From positions 13,203-77,202 of the forward strand of contig CAVWKV010000082.1 of the NCBI GenBank assembly GCA_963755265.1: 64,000 nt of DNA, given 5' to 3'. The position numbers and the translations under genes were made by a program. This DNA comes from an uncultured Methanomassiliicoccales archaeon. Lineage in GTDB: Archaea > Thermoplasmatota > Thermoplasmata > Methanomassiliicoccales > UBA472. Every line of letters starts with the position of its first letter. Position 1 is the first letter of the stretch. A model generated the notes under the pieces. It was not told the origin of the DNA and ran no database searches. It saw nothing but the letters and a program-made list of their open reading frames with translations. This document shows positions 56,557 to 64,000 of this stretch, piece by piece.

Positions 56557-57312
56557 TGCATTTCCTCCCAGGCACCCGAGCCAGCCCATGGGACGAACTC
56601 GATCTGTTTTGGGAATCCTGACCCGTTCCTCGATCTCGGCCACAGAACCTAGATATCCAAGGCGGCCAAAGGCAAGGAAGCCTATCTGGTCCGCCAGGTC
56701 CTGTACGTCGTTCAGGATATGTGACGAGAAGAATATCGTGGACCCTTCCTTTTGGAGTTCCTGGAATATCCTCTTAATTCGAATCGGGCCGTCGGGTCCA
56801 ACCCTGCCATGGGTTCGTCCAAGATCAGGACTGAAGGCTGATGCAGGATCGCTTGGGCTATGCCTATCTTCTGGACGGTCCCGCCCGAGAGCTGGTCCAT
56901 CTTCTTTTGCCTGAGATCCAAGATTCCGACCCGCTCGAGGGCCCTCCTAGTGTGTGATCGAGCTCGTGCTCCGAGATCCCGGACAGGCGTCCGAAGGTTG
57001 TTAGCGCGTGTTCCACCGTCCTCCATTCCAGGAATCCTATTTTCTGCGGCAGATAGCCCAGCTCCTTGTTTATCATCATCTTGTTGTTCCTGATGGACCG
57101 ACCTTGAAATCTCACATCTCCTTCGAAATCGGTCAGCAGACCGACCATTTCTTTAAGGTGGTCGTCTTCCCAGAGCCGTTGGGGCAGATATAACCAAAGA
57201 TCTCTCCGCTCCGGATGCTGAACGAGACATCACTCAGGGCCACGAAATCGCCGTACTTTTTAGTGACCGAATCGATCTCTAGGAACCTGAGGTCCTTGTC
57301 CTCTCAGTTCAT
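56536..57312 (-). pseudogene. ABC transporter ATP-binding protein, heavily decayed
   Basis: Walker A ([11 protein letters not shown]), signature (LSGGTVQKIGIAQAIL), Walker B (VLILDEP) and H-loop (FFSSHIL) lie in three different frames. There is a TGA at codon 3 and at least 3 frameshifts (near 57150, 56955 and 56775). Confidence 0.75.
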
Positions 57313-57547
57313 GTCCTGTCCCATCTGATTATGTGCTGGTGATGATCTGGATAGATTTTGTTACTTTCTTATCTCGATATTGATGATCGGAAGACCGACA
57401 GGCTTGACATCTTATTCGTGGACGTTGTTACATCGATTCCGAACCAAAAATGCTGCAAATTCCATTAGGCCAGCCTAAATTATTCTTAATATCACTTTAG
57501 AAAAGTATTATGTTCCCACCAAATATTCAGATATCGATGAATAGCGG

Positions 57548-58990
57548 GTGCTGTTTTTGACCCCAAAAGAGAAAGTTGCTTTCTTTTCGGTCATCGCCGC
57601 TATTGGCCTGGTGGTCACCAAGATCGTCGTCGCAATATGGACCAACAGCCTAGGTATTTTGTCGGAGGCTCTACATTCGAGCATAGACCTAATTGCTGCA
57701 TTCGTTACGTTAGGGGCGGTTCGAATGGCGGAAAGGCCAGCGGACGCCGACCACCATTACGGTCACGAAAAGGTAGAGTCCCTTTCCAGCCTGTTCGAGA
57801 CTGCATTGATGTTCGTGACCTGCGGCTGGATAGTTTACGAGGCCATAGACCGTCTCATTTCCCCTGTCGATGTCGACGTCACCTATGTAGCCATCGGGGT
57901 AATGGTACTTTCCATTATGGTGGATTTCACCCGATCCAGGGCCTTGCATAAGATGGCTAAGCGTTATAAGTCGCAGGCACTTGAGGCGGACGCCATTCAC
58001 TTCTCCACTGACTTGATCTCCTCAATAGTCGTAATTCTCGGCATTATTGTCACGATGGCGGCCACATCCGGGGTCATACCAATAGAGTTCCGTGTGTTCG
58101 ATTCGATATCCGCGCTGGGTGTGGCAGCGATAACTGCGATCATCGGCTACCGGCTTTGGAAACGATCCATCCATACACTTATGGACGGCGCACCAGAAGG
58201 GATATCGGAACTGGTCGCCAACGAGGCGATGCGCATCAAGGAGATAAGGGGTGTGGGCCAAGTCCGGGTGAGGGAGACAGGCCCTAAAGTGTACATCGAT
58301 TGCACTGTGTTCATAGACAAGGTCGTACCATTGGAACAGGCGCACCGGGTCATTGACGATTTCACCAACCGAATCAGGAAAAGAGTGGACAACGCCGTGA
58401 TCATGGTGAATGCCGAGCCCTTCTGCGTCGAGCCTACCGACTTGGTCGACAGGATCCGGGCGGAGGCGGCCGACTTTGACGAGATCAAGACCGTCCATAA
58501 CATAAACGTGTCCGAGTTCGACAACGACACGGGTGAGGACATGGAAGTGGATTTTCATCTCGAATTGGACGGGGACCTCTCGTTGGACAAGGCGCATGCC
58601 ATCGCCACACGTCTGGAGAATCGGATCAAGACCCTGGACCAACGCATCACGCTTGTCACTTCCCATATCGAGCCGGCCGATTGCCATTCCTGCGGGACGA
58701 AGAGCGTCCGCTTGGGCGAGGAGGGGATCGCCCATTCGATAAAACAATTGGTCGGGACATTCCCTGAGATAGAGGACGTGACAAGGATATCGGTCCAGAA
58801 GAAAGAAGGGAATATTCGGGTTGGCATGTGCTGCTCCTTTGACAGAAGCCACAGCGTAAAGCAGGCGCATGACGTCGCCGAGAAGCTTGAAGGGGTCATA
58901 AGGGCCAAGCACCCCGAGGTCGAAGTCGTGTCTATCCACATGGAGCCAAGCCATAAAGATGGGCAGATCGGTGACGACACCGCGACATGA
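57548..58990 (+). CDS. cation diffusion facilitator (CDF) transporter with three tandem C-terminal cytoplasmic domains
   Basis: TM core with HSSIDLIAA...DADHHYGHEKVE...HFSTDL, followed by three successive ZT_dimer-like repeats each ending in (N/H)xEP. Confidence 0.85.
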   Translation: MLFLTPKEKVAFFSVIAAIGLVVTKIVVAIWTNSLGILSEALHSSIDLIAAFVTLGAVRMAERPADADHHYGHEKVESLSSLFETALMFVTCGWIVYEAIDRLISPVDVDVTYVAIGVMVLSIMVDFTRSRALHKMAKRYKSQALEADAIHFSTDLISSIVVILGIIVTMAATSGVIPIEFRVFDSISALGVAAITAIIGYRLWKRSIHTLMDGAPEGISELVANEAMRIKEIRGVGQVRVRETGPKVYIDCTVFIDKVVPLEQAHRVIDDFTNRIRKRVDNAVIMVNAEPFCVEPTDLVDRIRAEAADFDEIKTVHNINVSEFDNDTGEDMEVDFHLELDGDLSLDKAHAIATRLENRIKTLDQRITLVTSHIEPADCHSCGTKSVRLGEEGIAHSIKQLVGTFPEIEDVTRISVQKKEGNIRVGMCCSFDRSHSVKQAHDVAEKLEGVIRAKHPEVEVVSIHMEPSHKDGQIGDDTAT

Positions 58991-59083
58991 GACGATAAAG
59001 TGGCTATTGCGGAACGCCAATTGCGCTACCATGAAAGGATTTATTGTCGCTCTGCCCATTCCAATATAATTGGAAGGTTTTGG

Positions 59084-59560
59084 ATGAAGGTGATTATAGC
59101 ATTCGATTCGGTTTATGGCAACACGAAAATGGTGGCCAATGAGATAGCGGTGCTCTTTAGAGAGATGGGTCATGAGTCCGAGCTAATCGACCTGAAGCAA
59201 TGGGACAAGAAGACTCCGGTAGGTGACATACTGTTCGTCGGTTCGCCGACCAGAATGGTCATGATGACACGGCCATCCAAGCGTTTCGCCAAGAAGTTGG
59301 ATGAGAAGATCTGGAAGGACAAGCCGGTATATGCTTTCGACACCATCATGGTGCCCACCGACCCGGAGAAACAGGAGAAGGCGGCTGCCTACTCCGCCAA
59401 TGGTGCCGCACCCAAGCTCAAGGCCCTCATGACTAGAAGAGGTCTGATGGTCCAGGATAAGATGCTCCGCGTTCCAGTTACTGGGCTAAAAGGTCCCCTA
59501 GCAGATACTTGGAAGGACCAGATCAAGGCATTCGTGGCCGATGTTGTCGGTGAGAATTAG
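59084..59560 (+). CDS. flavodoxin-like protein
   Basis: MKVIIAFDSVYGNTKMVA...ILFVGSPT pattern. Start set at the internal ATG 59084. Confidence 0.7.
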   Translation: MKVIIAFDSVYGNTKMVANEIAVLFREMGHESELIDLKQWDKKTPVGDILFVGSPTRMVMMTRPSKRFAKKLDEKIWKDKPVYAFDTIMVPTDPEKQEKAAAYSANGAAPKLKALMTRRGLMVQDKMLRVPVTGLKGPLADTWKDQIKAFVADVVGEN

Positions 59561-59689
59561 GACTTTATCCATCGTTCTCAAGCCTCCGAAGCAAGAATTG
59601 GCGGATCGTATCTGGAGTCCTTTCGGATCACTTGGATCAATCCACGATCTTCGTCATCTCGATCACCAATGGATTCCACAACTGATATG

Positions 59690-60043
59690 TCATGTCCAGT
59701 TACCATAGCCGGCGGGATTACCTCCAAACAAGATCCGTTTTCTCGCCCCTTCTTCATGAGCTATGTTGGCCAGTACGACAACTTCCTGAGCCACGTTCCT
59801 ATATTGTTGCATCGCGATCCTGCCTTCATCCACTATCATTTCAGTCGATGATAGTGTGTAGTTGCCAGACCATTGTGCATTAGTGTATTTTGGGTGAAAA
59901 TCAAATTCAACATACTGCCAGTTCTCATCCGCGTTGAATCTGAATGATGAACTGTCGCCAGTCACTATCACGCTTTTTATGATCTGCCAGGGGCCACTGC
60001 TCCCGTACGCATCCCGTATGTCCACTAACTTGTCCCTTACCAT
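59690..60043 (-). CDS. hypothetical protein
   Basis: 117-aa ORF with no motif recognised. Confidence 0.35.
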   Translation of the reverse strand: MVRDKLVDIRDAYGSSGPWQIIKSVIVTGDSSSFRFNADENWQYVEFDFHPKYTNAQWSGNYTLSSTEMIVDEGRIAMQQYRNVAQEVVVLANIAHEEGARKRILFGGNPAGYGNWT

Positions 60044-60270
60044 TGATCATCGTTTCGTTCTGCACCAGATGTGATACGAATATCCCTGCAAACAATCAGA
60101 CGAGGAACAATCTATCGACCAGTACGATTCACTTACTTGTTAATCTCCAACGCTTCCCCCATGCACCGATTCATTATTCAAAGGCCGCCCACTATAAATC
60201 CCACCCTGGTTTTCTAACAATGGACGCCGCAAACTTATATTGACTCGACGCACGTTCATGAACTGAGCCC

Positions 60271-60945
60271 ATGGTCAAGCTTCGTTATCTCGGTCATTCA
60301 GCTTTTACGATTTTCGATGGCCGGAGGACGATCATCATCGACCCGTTCCTTTCCGGGAACAACGACGCACCGTTCAAGGCCCGGGATATCGAGGCAGACC
60401 TCATCCTGGTCACGCACGCGCATAATGACCACTTAGGGGATGCCATCGAAATGTCCAAGCGTTCCAATGCACCGATACTGTGCTCCTTCGAATTGGGCAT
60501 GTACTGCGAATCTCAGGGGGCGAAGGTCATCAACGCCCACATCGGGGGCAGATTCAAGTTCGATTTCGGTTCGGTCAAGCTCTTCCCGGCGCTGCACTCA
60601 TCCTCCCTCGATGACATACATCCCCTTGGCACCGCCATCTCGTTCATAATCAACATTGGGGGGAAGAACCTGTATCATGCGGGGGACACAGCATTGTTCG
60701 GCGATATGGCCCTGATCTCAGAGCAATATATTATCGACGTTGCCATGCTGCCTATCGGTGGACTATACACGATGGATGCCGAGGATGCCGTCAGGGCAGA
60801 GAAGTTGCTCAAGGCCAAGAAGGTCGTCCCGATGCACTACGGAAAATGGTCTGAAGCGGACCCGTACGAGTTCCGTGACCGGATCGCCGAACAAGCCATA
60901 GGGACTGCTGTGGTGATGAGGCCAGGGGATGCGATAATTGTCTGA
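60271..60945 (+). CDS. UPF0173-type MBL-fold metal-dependent hydrolase
   Basis: MVKLRYLGHSAFTI...IIIDPFLSGN...THAHNDHLGD...PMHYG pattern. Confidence 0.85.
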   Translation: MVKLRYLGHSAFTIFDGRRTIIIDPFLSGNNDAPFKARDIEADLILVTHAHNDHLGDAIEMSKRSNAPILCSFELGMYCESQGAKVINAHIGGRFKFDFGSVKLFPALHSSSLDDIHPLGTAISFIINIGGKNLYHAGDTALFGDMALISEQYIIDVAMLPIGGLYTMDAEDAVRAEKLLKAKKVVPMHYGKWSEADPYEFRDRIAEQAIGTAVVMRPGDAIIV

Positions 60946-61023
60946 TCATCAAAAATCAAATATTGGATTCCAGAGTAAAACGTTTATCCTGATGTCGGTT
61001 GTATTGTACTAGGAGATTCAGAA

Positions 61024-62160
61024 ATGGCTACGCGCATAGCGATCATCGGCGGTTTCCTGGGCGCAGGCAAGACCACATTGATTAATAAGATCGCAAAGGG
61101 TTTGAGCGAGGATGGCAAGTCCATTGGCCTGATTATGAACGATCAGGGCGAGGCACTGGTCGATACAAAATACTCCAAGGCCATGGGTTTTGAAACCTCA
61201 GAAGTGCTGCGCGGCTGCTTCTGCTGTCGGTTCAATGACCTGATGTCATCGGCCAGGAACATCGTTTCCCATTCCCGTCCGGACTTCATCATCGCGGAAC
61301 CGGTCGGTTCGTGTACGGATCTCCTCGCCACCGTCGTCGCCCCCCTGAAGCTGATGTACCCGAACGAGTTCGAAGTGGCTCCGCTCATCATCATCGTGGA
61401 CGCCCCTAGGCTGGTGCGGGAAGGATTGGACCCCAGTACCCTCAGCGGATATTTGAGGAAGCATCAGATTGAGGAGGCTGAACACATCGTCATCTCCAAG
61501 ATTGACATGGTCACGCGTGACGTGTTGCTGAATTTGGTTGATGCCGTCAAATCATTCAACCCAGAGGCAGAGGTAATACCTTATTCCGCTATCACTGGCC
61601 ACGGTCTCGACAAGATATTGAGCGTAGTCCGTTCGGGGAAATGCAGCGACCGGCAACCGGTCGAGATCGACTATGACACCTATGCCCGAGCGGAGGCGGA
61701 GCTGGGATGGTACAACGGCACTTTCGGTTTCCAGACAAAGGAGAAGGTGGATGCTTATGACCTTGCGACCAAGATAATAAGGGCCATCTCGCTCTGCTAT
61801 GATCCGAGCGATATAGCTCACGCCAAGCTGATATTGGTCTCTGATACGAATTCTCTGAAGATGTCGGCTGTGTTCGACAATATCTCGATCGACGGAATCA
61901 AAGGATCCAGGTACGCCGAAGGTAAGGTTACAGTGACTATAAATGCCCGTGTCGTTTCGGCACCGGAAGAACTTAAGTCCAACATCCGCAATTCGGTGTT
62001 CGAGGCGATGGAATCAATAGGCAATCAGACCAATGATTTAAAGGACGAGTGCTTCTCTCCCTCACGTCCAAACCCCACCCATCGTATAACAGGAACAGCT
62101 CAGGGCGAGAAACAGGATCGTATGTCGGTCAATCCGATGGATTACAGACTCAATAATTAA
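61024..62160 (+). CDS. G3E-family P-loop GTPase (CobW/HypB/UreG-like metallochaperone)
   Basis: IAIIGGFLGAGKTTLINKI P-loop, GCFCC metal-binding-like motif, IIAEPVGSCTD and ISKID blocks. Confidence 0.75.
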   Translation: MATRIAIIGGFLGAGKTTLINKIAKGLSEDGKSIGLIMNDQGEALVDTKYSKAMGFETSEVLRGCFCCRFNDLMSSARNIVSHSRPDFIIAEPVGSCTDLLATVVAPLKLMYPNEFEVAPLIIIVDAPRLVREGLDPSTLSGYLRKHQIEEAEHIVISKIDMVTRDVLLNLVDAVKSFNPEAEVIPYSAITGHGLDKILSVVRSGKCSDRQPVEIDYDTYARAEAELGWYNGTFGFQTKEKVDAYDLATKIIRAISLCYDPSDIAHAKLILVSDTNSLKMSAVFDNISIDGIKGSRYAEGKVTVTINARVVSAPEELKSNIRNSVFEAMESIGNQTNDLKDECFSPSRPNPTHRITGTAQGEKQDRMSVNPMDYRLNN

Positions 62161-62177
62161 ATATCGGCCGCTTTGAT

Positions 62178-62807
62178 ATGAAGACAGTGTCATCGAATTG
62201 CAGGATTGAGATAGCTTACATAGACCCCGAAACCTACTCGTCCATCGTGAATCATGACATGAGAAAACGAATTTTACGCACTCTTTATACCTCTACAAAG
62301 GAAGCGCCCATATCCAAACAGGATTTGGCGGATAAGCTTGGAGTGGGGTATCATCAGTTGGTCTATCAGCTCAACAACCATCTCAAGGATTTTTGGGCGG
62401 TGAAGGAGGAGCGCAAGGTCAGGGGAACGAGGATGGAGCTAATCGAGCCTTCGAAACCTTCCACTGTCTACATCACCTTCGGGAAGGAGAGCGGTATCTT
62501 CATGGTAGATCCGGCCGCGAACCTTTTCGGACCGCTTTTGCGAGTTGGGACCAGATGCGATGCCTGTTCACCGAACGATGCGGCGAAATGCATGTCCTCG
62601 GTAAGTTCTAGCTGTTCCTGTGCAACGGTGCCGAACGAGGCGGAGAAGGGAATATTGCTTACCAACGGACGCAAGACTCCTTTCAAACCGATGGACCATG
62701 CGATTTTGTGTGCCCTAAAAGGCATACCGCAGGGTGAGAAATGCGTTCTGGAGATCCCCTGTGAAGGATGCGCATTCATGCGGCAACCGATCACGATAAA
62801 GAATTGA
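62178..62807 (+). CDS. ArsR-like wHTH protein with Cys-rich C-terminal domain
   Basis: MRKRILRTLY...ISKQDLADKLGVGYHQLVYQLNNHL HTH, then a Cys-rich tail (CDAC, SSCSC, CEGC). Confidence 0.55.
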   Translation: MKTVSSNCRIEIAYIDPETYSSIVNHDMRKRILRTLYTSTKEAPISKQDLADKLGVGYHQLVYQLNNHLKDFWAVKEERKVRGTRMELIEPSKPSTVYITFGKESGIFMVDPAANLFGPLLRVGTRCDACSPNDAAKCMSSVSSSCSCATVPNEAEKGILLTNGRKTPFKPMDHAILCALKGIPQGEKCVLEIPCEGCAFMRQPITIKN

Positions 62808-62834
62808 GCAAAACTGCTTATTGTTAGGGTTCAC

Positions 62835-62842
62835 TCTTTTTT
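62835..62842 (+). terminator. oligo-T tract downstream of the wHTH gene
   Basis: CTCTTTTTTAA about 28 nt after the stop; archaeal terminators are typically T-runs. Confidence 0.3.
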
Positions 62843-62993
62843 AATTGACTCGGATGGACAAGAGTCCGCTTTCCGCATCATAATGACCGCGGCGGTCCAC
62901 CGATGTGGCGTAAGACGCGTTAATTATATATCACTGTGACAGCTAAGAAACAAACGCAGATCGGGTGTATCAGGTTTGGTTGCTGTCGACCAG

Positions 62994-63419
62994 ATGAACA
63001 GAAAGATCATTGGGCTGCTTCTAGCGGACGGGCGAATGACGTACAACGACGTTTCTGTAAAGCTGAGACGTTCGTCATCGACCGTTCGAGATCGGATTCG
63101 CCGTCTAGAGGAAGACAAGGTCATACTCGGTTATTATGCGATCGTCAACGCCGAGCGCATGGGCATGAACGCAGACGCGATTGTGCTGGGGAATCTGGTC
63201 AATGAGATAAGCGCGGCAGACCTCAAGAAACTCACTAAGATTGAAGGAGTGCGCGAGGTAATCCAGATATCAGGACCTAAGCGTATAATGATCAGAATCT
63301 TTGCCCCGGACAATCACGCCCTGGAGGACATCGTTACACGGGAGCTGATTCCGATGGGATTGAAGGACATCGAGCTGAGAGTGGTGCTCGATTCTGTGTC
63401 CCGGCCGCCTGGCCTTTAA
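62994..63419 (+). CDS. Lrp/AsnC-family transcriptional regulator
   Basis: MNRKIIGLLLADGRMTYNDVSVKLRRSSSTVRDRIRRLEEDKVILGY plus a RAM-like C-terminus. Start at ATG 62994. Confidence 0.85.
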   Translation: MNRKIIGLLLADGRMTYNDVSVKLRRSSSTVRDRIRRLEEDKVILGYYAIVNAERMGMNADAIVLGNLVNEISAADLKKLTKIEGVREVIQISGPKRIMIRIFAPDNHALEDIVTRELIPMGLKDIELRVVLDSVSRPPGL

Positions 63420-63423
63420 GGAT

Positions 63424-64000
63424 TCAGATGTTCGTCTTGTCGTAATATCCGCTGAACGGTCTGGATGACGAAGGTTTGATCTTCACGTAAATGGAGTAAT
63501 CCTTTTCTATCTTCTCCCCGAAATATCCTTCGAACTCCTCTAGTAGCGAAGTCAATTCGGCACGATCCTCGGCCGTCAATGATGAGATGACAGCACCGGG
63601 CCCAAGCTGGCCACTGTCTACCTTGCCCCTTACGTAGATGCGTCCTCCATGCATGCCAGCCCCTATATTATGCCCTACAGGTGACTCCAGGTCATTGCGG
63701 AGCCCCAATACTAAGATCGTCCCTCCCGCCATGTACTCGCCAAGATAGTCTTTGACCGTCCCTCCGATCACCAGGGAGGGGCGCATCTGGCCGAATTCCT
63801 TCATGTGGATGCCGACCCGGTAGCCGGAAGACCCTTTGATCATTATCGTTCCGCCTCGGGCGGACAGTCCGGTCACGTCCCAGGCATTCCCGTGCACGAT
63901 GATCTTGCCTGAGTTCATGGTGTTTCCCGTCATGTCTTGGGCGTTCCCCAGAACCTCGATCGTCGGGCCGTTCAGGAAAGCACCGAGGCTGTTGCCCGGA
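63424..64000 (-). CDS. GXGXG-motif protein (glutamate synthase domain-3 / FwdC-like), 5' end outside the window
   Basis: Repeated beta-helix pattern: GNAQDMTGNTMNSGKIIVHGNAWDVTGLSARGGTIMIKGSSGYRVG...MAGGTILVLG. The frame stays open to base 64000. Confidence 0.75.
   Translation of the reverse strand, partial: PGNSLGAFLNGPTIEVLGNAQDMTGNTMNSGKIIVHGNAWDVTGLSARGGTIMIKGSSGYRVGIHMKEFGQMRPSLVIGGTVKDYLGEYMAGGTILVLGLRNDLESPVGHNIGAGMHGGRIYVRGKVDSGQLGPGAVISSLTAEDRAELTSLLEEFEGYFGEKIEKDYSIYVKIKPSSSRPFSGYYDKTNI

Noticed and set aside
56372-56914. 180-aa plus-strand ORF overlapping the end of the STAND gene
   Set aside because: It is antisense to the recognisable ABC ATPase remnants and Arg/Ser/Pro-rich, so it is a shadow ORF.
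1-64000. CRISPR arrays, rRNA genes, intact IS elements or transposases
   Set aside because: No regularly spaced direct repeats, rRNA-like stretches or transposase-like ORFs were seen on either strand. The only recombinase signal is the short remnant at 27885-28143.
1-64000. General recoding of TAG (pyrrolysine) in this organism
   Set aside because: TAG terminates roughly 7-8 of about 60 CDS here, and no pyl or methylamine methyltransferase genes are in the window. The two in-frame TAGs sit in genes with additional lesions. It is kept only as an alternative to test, not as a claim.

Overview
The window reads as a 64-kb archaeal chromosome segment. Supporting genes are PCNA, TFS, split transketolase, geranylgeranyl reductase, HdrB/C/D, MvhD, an aCPSF-type beta-CASP RNase and XPD. 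It looks like a Thermoplasmatota or methanogen-related euryarchaeon, but the taxon cannot be fixed from this window.

Layout:
- Bases 1-27.6 kb are densely packed, GC-rich core genes: an Isf/HxlR pair, Trm5/Taw2-like, GGR, a MoxR-DUF58-DUF4129 operon, transaldolase plus split transketolase, PCNA, TFS, NadC, hdrCB, mvhD-hdrD, an NrdG-like activase, three tandem KaiC-like ATPases and XPD.
- tRNA-Val(CAC) at 27773-27845 is followed directly by a decayed tyrosine-recombinase C-terminus. From there to about 39.4 kb the sequence looks accessory: AT-rich spacers, pseudogenes and a hybrid RR-PAS kinase.
- The most interesting element is a lower-GC cassette of about 7.4 kb (31.9-39.3 kb). It carries three radical-SAM enzymes (two paralogues plus one canonical B12-binding type), a lycopene-cyclase-domain-like membrane protein and a TrmB-like regulator. 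It appears to be inserted into a GNAT acetyltransferase gene.
- Downstream come a lone cooS, an operon joining an ABC importer to UbiA/UbiE/UbiD-type quinone late steps (with an in-frame permease::UbiA fusion), and a Rieske-glutaredoxin-FTRc-Rieske operon.
- Further on are a frameshifted PocR kinase with an in-frame TAG, a sequon-rich surface protein, a wHTH-STAND-TPR protein, a heavily decayed ABC ATPase, a CDF transporter with three tandem cytoplasmic domains, and a metal-homeostasis-like neighbourhood.

No CRISPR array, rRNA gene or intact transposase was seen.

Limits: all family calls rest on motifs read by eye. Coordinates come from the supplied ORF track; starts and sites I derived by hand may be off by a few nt. 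No database search or computation was run.
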